Below the pieces are notes generated by a model, which saw nothing but the letters and a program-made list of their open reading frames with translations, was not told where the DNA came from and searched no databases. 64,000 nucleotides of DNA from assembly GCF_018350175.1 (NCBI RefSeq), contig NC_058382.1:60576001-60640000 (forward strand). Direction: 5' to 3'. The stretch comes from Felis catus (taxonomy: Eukaryota). Below are positions 54,858 to 64,000 of the stretch, one piece after another. The translations under genes and the position numbers were made by a program. Numbering within the stretch: the first letter of the stretch is position 1; each line of letters starts with the position of its first letter.

Positions 54858-56856
54858 GAGACTCCCATTTCTGAAATCAGTGTGTCACATGTGTCCTGGG
54901 CCCAGGCCCACGGCCAGGGAAGGAGGGGCTGGCGTGTCTGAGCTCAGCAGGCAAAACAAGCGATTGCGCGTCTTCCTTCAGGACCCGGGGAGGGTGCATC
55001 CTTGCAGGAGAGCGGAAGAGGGGCCCATGGGGCAGGGGTGTGGGGAGGGGGAGGGGACAGATGCCCTCCGGTCAGCCTGGGGGTGGGGGGCGCAGCCCTG
55101 ACGGAGGTCGTGTGGGAAGGCAGCCTCCGGGTTTTGCACATACCAGAGACACCCGCACCCAGCCGCCAAGACGGACCCTGAACCTCTGCCCCCAGCCCTC
55201 CCGCCCTCGGCCCCACTGTGTACCTGAGCCCTGCCCAGCGTCTCCTGGGCCCTGAGGACGATCCCAGGGGCTCAGTGGGCTGGGCGGGCAGCTGGGAGGG
55301 GAGACTGGAGCCAGAACTCGGTGGTCAGGAAGTGCACACAGATTCTAAGAGGAGGTAAAGGTGGGGAGTTTCTCTAAAGTTAGCTATTCTATTTTATTTT
55401 AGGCATCCGAAGTGTCTTTTTTTTTTTTTTTTTAATGTGTATTTGGCACTCCCCTGAATTCTGAAATAGAGTTTAACAGGATTCCTTTTTTTAAAGCAGT
55501 GGAAGCCAAGGCTTTCTAGTGGGACTGACTCAGCTGGGATCAGAACCCCTCCTTCGGGACCAGGCCAGGACCCCCCCTCCCCCTCGATGGCCGGAGACTC
55601 CCGCACACTCCCCCACTCGGGAGCAGGAAGGTGCGGCCAGCAGCCGGCGTCCTCCCAGCCTCCCCGGAGCCTCTCTGAGTCTTGGCCGAGCTGTGTCCCT
55701 GAATGTCAGGCCATCTGCAAGTGATGAAGGCCTGGAAACTTTTGTTCCATTGAACTTTGCCAGGGAGCTATACTTAGCCACCGAGTGGAGGCCAGGAGTG
55801 GGTTCTCTGAATAAAGATAGTAACACGCGGGCTATTTTCAAACTTCCAGAGAACCCCCCCCCCCCCAGAATATTCTGCACCAAAATGATATTTATGGAGC
55901 CCTCTGGGCTTTTGGAAGGGAGGGTGTAACCTTAGTGTGTCTGCAGCTTTCAGGAGAGAGGTTTCTTTCAGCTGGGAGTGGGGCCAGGGTGGAGCCACCG
56001 GAGACCTAGTGTCCCTCTCACACCTGTTTCTAGCACCTGAGCTCGCAGCGGCTGGGCGCTGGCATCTGAGTCAGAAAACGGTGGTTTTCCTTGCTGGGTA
56101 TCTGGTGCTGACCCTGCTGTGGCCCTCACACCGCCATCCGGGTGCACCTGTCGTGCTAAAAGATGAGGTCCCCAACCTTGGAGGGCTGGTTACATGATTT
56201 TCCTCGTGTCCCGCATCCTCGCTCGTCTCTTAGGTTTCTGCCTTCGCCAGACATAACCAGGCTGCAGCTGTGGCACCTGCTCCCAGCTCCTCGGGCCCCG
56301 GGACCTCTGGTCCCTCCTCCCGCCTTGGAGGGAGGACCCAACAATGTGCTGGACCAGGACCGAAAGGCCTTCGTTAGGGTGAAGAGTAGAAACGTGGTCA
56401 GTACAGTTTGGATGGAAACAAGATGGCCTGTAGGTGGGAGCGACCCAAATAGCACCCTGAGAAAAGAACCAGTCATCCACCTTCACCCAGGGATAGACCT
56501 CCTGCCGACTCCCGTTCTGTAGGTGTTGGGAGAGGGCTCCAGAAAGCCAGCTTCTAAATGGGCGTCCCAGGTGAATTCTGATGACCAGGCAAAATGGCAT
56601 GGAAAAAGGTGAGGGGGGAGCTGGGAACCCTGGGCGGCCAGGCAGCTGGGCAGGTGGCCTCCCTGGGGTCTGACTGCAGCCGCCCCGCCCCTGGCGGACC
56701 GTCTCCCCCATTCATTCTCCATCGGCTCCCTGGCAGGTGCCCGGCCTTTCTTCACCCTCTCTGCCAACCTGGCCTCCACCACCCTGCCCTCTGCCAGTCC
56801 AGATATAAATATAAGAGCATTTTCCACGGGCCGGCACAGAAGGGCAAGCATTTGAC

Positions 56857-56862
56857 TTTATT
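56857..56862 (-). terminator. Probable SNAI3 polyadenylation signal
   Basis: First minus-strand AATAAA after the SNAI3 stop, preceded by a U-rich segment (56940-57001). Confidence 0.5.
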
Positions 56863-57334
56863 TTAGGGCCGTGAAATTCCCTCCCTTCATACCCAACAGG
56901 TGCATCGCCTCATTTAGCTATCAGGGCCCAGGAATAGAACACAATTTACAATATAGCTTCCTTCGGGCATCTGGATGCTATTTAAAAAAAAAAAAAAAAA
57001 AGCCCTCCTGTGAGATGGCCGGATATGGGCCAGAACGCTGGCTTGACCCACTCAACAGAGGAGCCCAGCTCTTCGGGAGACCGATGGGAGGGAGGACCAC
57101 CCTGCTAGGGCAGGGCCCCTGGTTGGGATGATGGACAGGAAGTGGGAACAGGCACAGGAGGTGTTTGCCGGTGGGCCCGTCAGTTAAAATTGACCGCCCC
57201 CCTTGATCCTTTGTGGACCAAGGGGACAGAGGAATCCACTCTGCTGTCCTTCATCCTTCAGCCCAAGCACAGGGACCCACTGGGCATCTCTTGGCAAACT
57301 GTGTTCACATCAACTGTTGGGGGGGGGGGATGGT

Positions 57335-57590
57335 GTCCTCCACTCTGTGGGTTCATATGTTGAAATCCTGACCCTATTTGGAATCAGGGTTTTTTCAGGT
57401 AATCGAGTTAAGATGGGGCCATTAAGGGGGGGTCCTAACCCCGTAGGACTGGTGTCCGCACAAACTGAGGAAATTTGGACACAGAGACAGACACATACGC
57501 AGGGAGAAGCCATGGGAGGTGGAGGCAGAGAAGTGTGATGTGTCCACCAGCCAAGGAACATCAAAGATGCCCACAAACCAGCAGGAGCCA

Positions 57591-57633
<43 letters not shown>

Positions 57634-57765
57634 CCGGCCCCCGAGGGGACCAGCCCTGTGGCACCTGGGGCCCTGACTTCTGGCCCCCAGAGTGTGGGAG
57701 TACATCTCTGTGGTTTAAGCCGCATGGTGCATGGGGCTTTGTTATGGGAGTCACAGCCCGCTGAC
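57335..57765 (+). mobile_element. MLT1-type solo LTR with internal (GA)n microsatellite
   Basis: ttcatatgttgaaatcctgaccc..tttggaatcagggt...gagttaagatgggg...ccaaggaaca...ccagagtgtgggag...ctttgttatgg. Confidence 0.8.
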
Positions 57766-59382
57766 CTATAAGCTAAGCATCTGGTTCGCACTGTCTGTCT
57801 CTCGAGGGATGGCAGGTCCCCGCAGAGGGGTGGCCAGGTGCAGGCCTGGGAATGTGAGCGTGGCTTCCCCAGCAAACGTCTTCACTGCACCCGCTGATCT
57901 ATTCTGCTGTATCCCGGAGCCACGGCCCTCCTGGGTGGCCAGTTTCGTCGAGGTCACCCTTGGTCCAGAGAAGCCCCACATCACGGTCAGGTTTCCTCTG
58001 GGATGTCCCCAAGGCCCCTCCGATGGCCGTTATCAAACCAGCCACGCAGGCCCTTTCACCCCAAGGAGCCTCGGGCAGGATCTACAGGTGCCGCGTGGCC
58101 CAGCAGCGAGCTGGTGAATGTGCTTCAGTGGGTCTGCGAGGCCCAGGGCCGACATGCGGCCTCTGCCGCTTGCCCTGTGGCCCCCACTCAGGGCCAGGAA
58201 CAGGAGCCTAACTTTGTCCCTCAGCCTGGGCCAGAAGTGGGGCGGCTGTCCCCTCCGGGCATCAAGAACTCAGTCAGTCCCCATTAGACTCGGGCTGCCC
58301 TCCAGGGGCAGGCCGGAGACACTAAGACATGCTAGCAAGATCGAGGCCCAGCCCAGCAGGTGACATCCTGGGGGCCTGGGGGTGGGCAGAGGCCGCACTC
58401 GGGGGCAGGATGCTGGGGAGGGGACTCCTGTTGGCATCTGAGTCGGTTCAGGAGGCATGTGTCTCAGGCAGCACCCACTCCCTCCGCTGTGGACGCCTAT
58501 GGCCTCGGGAGAGGGCGGGCAGAGAAGGGGCGACGGTGCCACGGGCGGTTGTGGACACGGTGGTCTCGGTGGAGACGTGTGCAGACCCAGGACTGGGTTC
58601 TCTTGTGAGCACCCTGCCGACGCAGACACACACGGCCCCCGGCTGGCCTCTTCCCTGGGCCTCACTCTCCCCAGCTCTGCCCTCACAGTCTCACCCCCGG
58701 CGTATCTACGCCCCACGGCCGCTCTCCCTCCCTGTATAAGGCTGTCCCCATTTCCGGTCTCCTTGTTCCCAAAGAAGGTGGCCCTGCTCACCTGCTTGGA
58801 GTGTCGCCACCCACCTCCCCGCTCCCCGTCCCTACACTTTGCCTCCCTTGCTCCGTGGCCAGAGGCCCAAATTACCCAGGAATCTGGGTAATTACTCCGG
58901 GCTCGGCCTCTTCCGCAGACCCAGGGCACCAGGCAGGACCTGGGGTCTCAGAGGACGTGACAGGCAGGGGTGCCAGGCTCCTCACTGCCCTGTGCTTGGG
59001 GACGGGGCCCTGGCTCTGCGTCGGGACACCCAGTGTCGCGTGCGTGCGCGCAGGCAGGCGGAGGTGAGCCTGTGGTGGCCGTGCCCACGAAGGCCGAGTG
59101 GCAGGAGCTGGCCCAGCTGGTAGCCACCCCCAGCCGCCTTTTCTCTTGGGAGAAGAGAACCGGAAACCAGGGCAAGTCAGGGAATGGTGGCTCACGCCGC
59201 CGTGACGGTCTTCCCTCAGTCGCCCTAACAGCCTGCGGGCGGCTCTGGCCCTGGACGGAAGTGGGTGGCCGGCGGGGAGAGGAGGAACCCACTGACCGAG
59301 CGTGGGGCCGGGCTCGCTGGGCATCACGGGTGCCGAGAGGGGTGAGGTCCTGTCCCTCCCGCCGGCACTGAGCCCGCACCCG

Positions 59383-59564
59383 TCAGGGGCCGCGGCGGCA
59401 GCCAGACTCCTCGTGCCGCGCCAGGAGCGACATGCGGGAGAAGGTCCTGGCGCAGCTGTTGCACTGGTATTTCTTGGTGTCCGAGTGTGTCTGCAGGTGG
59501 GCCCGGAGATTGGAGCGGTCGGCGAAGGCCCTGCCACAGTGTGAGCAGGTGTACGGCTTCTCAC
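59383..59564 (-). CDS. SNAI3: SNAI3 exon 3
   Basis: ccccag|GT GAG AAG...; TGA at 59383-59385. Confidence 0.95.
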
Positions 59565-62128
59565 CTGGGGGCGGGAGGGCGCCGGGTGAGTGTCCGTCTG
59601 GTCCGCCCCAGGAGGTGGCCGAGCCCCCCGTCCCCAACCCCCCGCCGTCCCTGCTTATTGATGTATAAGCCCCTCCGCCTCCTCCACATGCTCACGGCAG
59701 TTCTGACGCATCGGTCTTCCCTCACCCTTCCCCAGGAGGTACGTGCCGGTGGGCTGGCACCTGCCCCAGGAGGAAGGAAACCCTAGGGCCACGAGGTCCA
59801 CATCCACGGTCAGGCTCAGAGCTGCCTGGGGACAGGGTGGGATGTCACCCCTGGGCAGGACTGCAGCATCTAAAGCCCTCTCCAAGGGGAAAGAGCTAGC
59901 ATGGGTCTTTGCTAGATCTTTCTGTTTCTGCCAGAGCCCTCCTGGGGCCCTTTGCCCAGATCTGGTCCTGAGCAGCACTGGGAGCCCTCAGCTGTCCCTG
60001 CCCACGGAAGGCCGGTGGTGGAAAGCGGCTGGGCCCCTGCAGACTCTCCCGGGTAGGCGAGCCCCGGCCCTTACGATGGAGGCAGGCATTTCGGAACAGC
60101 TTAAGACCCTTGTGTCCTCTGGGCCACCTCCAAGCAGGGCGACCAGGGATTTGGACAAAGCCCTTCTGTTGGGAGCTGGGCCCCCAGGACAACCTTAACA
60201 AGTGTAAAAAGATCCTTAAAGGTCACCTGTTCTCTTCCGCCCACGTGGAGTGACTTCCAGTCGTACACCCAATAGAATCCTGAGAAACACCAGCGTGCAG
60301 TCCCCCTGGGCCCAGAGCGTCCCTGCTGCCCAACGCCCAGGCGCATTCCCTCCCCCGGCCAGCCTCCTGCAGGGCCTCCCACCCTCTGGGCCCCCAGACC
60401 AGGAGCACTGAGCCCCTGGCGGTGTGATGTGGGACGCTCAGAGACATCCCTGGGGGGGAGCTGAGGAAAACCGACTGGAATTTCAGCCCGGAGAAAGGCT
60501 CCCGCAAAACCCTTCTTTCCAGCCTCCCCCGGTGTGACTCAGAACAGTCCTACTTACAGAGCCCTGGCTCAGGGCTGGGGAGGCTCCAGTGACGGGGGCG
60601 TGTGTTCAGCCGTGGGCCTCAGCCCGGTGAGCCTTATCCCTGGGCTTCGGTCTCTCTGTGCCCACCTGTCCCTCTCCTGGCGGGCCGGGGCGAGGTGTGG
60701 TTCAACCCCCAGCTGCCCTGGGGCAGGCAGCCCCCCTCCGTTCCTTTGGGCAGCGGTGGCTGATGTACGGACAACGTGCTGAGGCCCCCAGGCCTCCCTC
60801 AGGTCTGAGCGCACGGCTCTGGTGCGCTCTCACCAGGGATGGGTTTGCCCCTGGGGTCTCAGCCCCCCCTCAAGACCCAGTCCTCGTCTGTGCCCTTCGT
60901 CCGTGTGACGCCCGTGGTTGCCACCAAAGGCCAGGCCTTTCTCCCTGTGCCGCTCCTGCTGCTCCAGAGCTCAGGAAGGGCGCGCAATGTGGGAAGTCAG
61001 ACCCTCTGCGGCCCCGAGCAGCCTGCGCTTTGCCAGGTGGTAGGGCTTGAATTGTGTCTCTCAAAAAAGATCCGTCCACGTCCTAATCCCCAGTACCTGT
61101 GAGGGTGACCTCACTTGGAAAATAGGGTCTTGTCATCAAGGTTACATGTCATCAGGTTAAGATGGGGTCACACTGGAGCACGTGGGCCCCGGTCCAGTGG
61201 GACTGGTGTCCTTACAACAGAGGGAGGTTGGGACACAAACACACACAGGAGAGGCCGTGTGAGGACGGGGTAGAGGCGCACGGACGCCTGGAGCCTCCGG
61301 GAGGTGGACGGGGCAGGAAGGACCGTCCCCTGCCGCCTCTGGAGGGAGCGCGGCCCTGCGACACCTGGATTTCAGACTCCGGCCTCAGGAGCTGGGACGG
61401 AGGGCATTTTTGATGTTTGAGCCTCTGGTTTGTGGGACTTTGGAAACCAGCACGCAGGGAAGCAGAAGCCGTGTGGCCGTCCCTCCTCTGGTTTACAAGG
61501 CCTCCCTCCCTGCCTGACCCCCAGGTCCCGCCCTCACCCCTGCCCGGGGCCCTCCTGCCCACAGACCCACCTGTGTGGGTCCGGATGTGGCCCTGCAGCA
61601 GCCAGGGCCTGGAGAAGGCCTTGCCGCACACAGAGCAGAGGCAGGGCAGCGTGTGCGTGCGGATGTGCATCTTGAGGGCACCCAGGCTGGCGTACTCCTT
61701 GTCACAGAACCTGCAGGTGAAGCAGCGGGGCGCCCGCAGGTGGCAGGGCTTGTGGCAGTGCGGGCGCCCGAGGCCCCCCGGGGCCGCCTGGAGTCTGTCT
61801 GGAGCCTGGCCCCCGTCCGGGCCCGCGATCGGGGGCCACCGCGTGGGCGGAACCCGCAGCGGGGGCAGGTTGAGGTGGTTCAGGCTGTCTTTGAGAGGCT
61901 CGCTGGGGGCCCGGCCGGTCCAGAGGTCCGCCCGGCTGCCTTCCAGGGGGTCTGGCCCGGAGGCCCCCCGAGCTTCCTCAGTACGCGGAAGGGGCAGGGA
62001 GATGGGGCAGACGGCAGAGGTGCGGTCCCACGGCAGGGGAGGGTCACCAGGGGTGGAAGAGGCCGCCTTGTCTGGGAGGAGGAGGGGCACCGCCAGCCCC
62101 CTGCAGGCAGAACAGGCGCCATTAATTT
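59383..62128 (-). CDS. SNAI3: Zinc finger protein SNAI3, exons 2-3 (exon 1 with the SNAG motif is outside the window)
   Basis: complement(join(61571..62128,59383..59564)). EINGACSAC...[13 protein letters not shown]...[77 protein letters not shown]...[10 protein letters not shown]. Confidence 0.95.
61038..61465 (+). mobile_element. MLT1-type solo LTR in SNAI3 intron 2
   Basis: tgaattgtgtctctcaaaaaagat...cctaatccccagtacctgtgagggtgacctcacttggaaaatagggtct...ggccctgcgacacctggatttcagactcc. Confidence 0.85.
61571..62128 (-). CDS. SNAI3: SNAI3 exon 2 (558 nt)
   Basis: ttctag|AA ATT AAT...ACA G|gtgggt. Confidence 0.95.
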
Positions 62129-62334
62129 CTAGAAGGGAGGAGGGAGAGAGAGAGCGTGAAAGTGGACATGAGCCCCCACACTCTGTCCTCAGACTTGCCC
62201 TTCTTGGTGCAGCCGCAAGCCTGTGTTCTAGGTCATCAGCAGTTCTGCACGAAGGGGAAGGGCTGGCGAGGCCAGTGTCAGTGCGGGAAGTGACCACAGG
62301 GTCTAGAGGAGGGGCCTCAGTTCTTTATTGTTAT

Positions 62335-62525
62335 GATTTTTCTAAATGTTTATTTTTGAGACAGCGCGAGCGGGGGAGGGGCAGAGGGAGGGGGGCAGAG
62401 GATCTGAAGCCGCTCCAAGCTGAGAGCAGAGAGCCAGATGGGGGGCTCGAACTCAGCAACCTGAGTTGCCCTGAGCCGAAATCAAGAGTCAGACGCCCAA
62501 CGAACTGAGCCACCCAGGCGCCCCC
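62335..62525 (-). mobile_element. CanSINE in SNAI3 intron 1
   Basis: ttttctaaatgtttatttttgagacag...actgagccacccaggcgcccc. Confidence 0.9.
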
Positions 62526-63064
62526 TCAGTTCCTCTTTAAAAGCAAAGGAAATGTCTTACAGGATCCCAGAATAGCTCTCACGGCTGACGGAGGCCCCCC
62601 TATTGGCCCGGCAGGACAGGCCTCCCTGACCCCCGCCCAGCCTCAGGCCCAGCTCACAGCAAAGCCTCACCAGCCACCCGCAGGCGCGAATTCAGAGCAG
62701 ACATTTGGCGGTGGGCCACCATGTGAAGACAACTGATTAGCCTCCACGCACCCCCATCACCCCCCGCCCATGGTGATGTGAGTGCCAACGCTCCCGGGTG
62801 GCTGGATGGCTGTCCCCGGTGGTGCCACACGGCCTCCAGGGGCAGCCTGTCCCCAGGCCGTGGCTCCCGGATTTGTGGGCCAGCATGCCTGTGCCTGACC
62901 AGATGAGCGGCAGGGCCCCAGGGTAAACAGTCTGGCAGGTAGGAGTTACGCTCTGCCTTTTCCCCGAGCCCCAAATCTCCAAACAGCCCCCAACCCGTTT
63001 CCTACTCCAGATGTGTTGAAATAAATCTCTGGTCCCATTTCTGCCTTCATGCCAAGGCTTTGGG

Positions 63065-63161
63065 TAAGAAAGAACCCACAGAATGGGAGAAAATATTTGC
63101 ACATCATGTATCTGTTAAATCGATGGCATCCAGAATATACAAAGAATTCTTGCAATTCAAC

Positions 63162-63207
<46 letters not shown>

Positions 63208-63444
63208 TGTGTGTGTGTATATATATATATATATAATATATATATACATATACATATAAGTTGTGTGTGTGTGTGTGTGTATATATATAATTTTAAAATG
63301 GGCAAAGGATCTGAATACACATTTCTCCAAACAAGATATACAAATTACAAATGGCGGGATGCCTGGCTGGCTCAGTCTGTAGATCATGTGACTCTTGATC
63401 TCAGGGTTTCAAGTTCAAGCGCACGTTGGGCATAGAGATTACTT

Positions 63445-63507
<63 letters not shown>

Positions 63508-63670
63508 ACACAAATGGCCAACACGCACAGAAAAGATGCTTGCCATCATTAACCATCAAGGAAATGCCAATTAAAGCCACAGCGAGATACTGCTTCGTGC
63601 CCACTAGGATGGCTAGAATTACAAATAGCCAATTACAAGTGTTGGTGAGGATATAGAGGAGTGGGGACAC
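63065..63670 (+). mobile_element. L1 fragment interrupted by (TA)n/(TG)n microsatellites and a short SINE (~63355-63460)
   Basis: cacagaatgggagaaaatatttgc...aaaatgggcaaaggatctgaatacacatttctcc...aaaagatgct...cccactaggatggcta; (TA)n at 63164-63290 and 63460-63504. Confidence 0.85.
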
Positions 63671-64000
63671 TTAAGGAAACTTCCCACCTTCCGCTCTATC
63701 CTGACCTCACCCCTAACCTAATCCCCCCAATTATAAAGCAGCATGCCAACTTTCTGTCCTCCTGGAAAGAGGGACTGGGCAGTGTCAGGCTAAGAGACAA
63801 AGTCCAAGGAAGTTCTGGAGAGAGAGGCTTGGGATGCCCAGAGAGCCTAGGACCCCACTTCACTGGGGGCTTTCTACTAGGAAAAACAGTCACCTCTCTT
63901 AAGTCTCTGAGACTCAGCCACCACCCTGGCTCCAGAGCCAAACCCGGTCTTGGGGGCTGGGGGCCACCCCAGAGAGAAGGCAGGGGAGGGCCGGCTGTGC

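Larger units (their letters stand above)
39338..56530 (-). pseudogene. Candidate unitary pseudogene of an adhesion/secretin-class 7TM receptor with a long repeat-containing C-terminal exon
   Basis: Collinear minus-strand fragments: ECL2/TM5-like 56354-56530, TM6-like PLLGVG* 54446-54540, TM7-like SISGAYFTIVAF from 51920, stop-poor frame 49238-45944, and coiled-coil-like exon 39338-39606. Recognised by motif only, no alignment run. Confidence 0.35.

Noticed and set aside
39437..56485. In-frame TGA codons as selenocysteine or programmed read-through
   Set aside because: TAG stops and frameshifts also occur and I saw no SECIS-like element; CGA/TGG decay is simpler.
61417..62508. 363-aa plus-strand ORF
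   Set aside because: Antisense shadow of SNAI3 exon 2 running into a SINE.

Overview
Mammalian genomic DNA, very GC-rich, from a cat-family carnivore (feliform-type CanSINEs throughout). It carries the conserved block ZC3H18(+) - IL17C(+) - CYBA(-) - MVD(-) - SNAI3(-), the same order as human 16q24. I traced the splice sites and reading frames by hand. The window holds the last 10 coding exons of ZC3H18, complete IL17C (197 aa), complete CYBA (194 aa), complete MVD (401 aa, with a non-canonical GC donor on intron 7), and SNAI3 exons 2-3 (exon 1 lies beyond the window). Main findings: (1) SNAI3 has lost its first zinc finger through an in-frame deletion. (2) The ~20-kb MVD-SNAI3 interval contains collinear minus-strand fragments resembling TM5/TM6/TM7 of an adhesion/secretin-class GPCR, followed by a ~3.2-kb decayed reading frame built around a 33-bp (11-codon) tandem repeat. 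This is a candidate unannotated unitary pseudogene. (3) The only canonical MVD poly(A) signal sits inside a SINE, and IL17C has no canonical signal. (4) There are nested inverted SINEs and strongly GC-shifted old repeats. Comparisons with human proteins and repeat consensuses are from memory and need confirming by alignment. Most long ORFs in the supplied track are GC-content artefacts.
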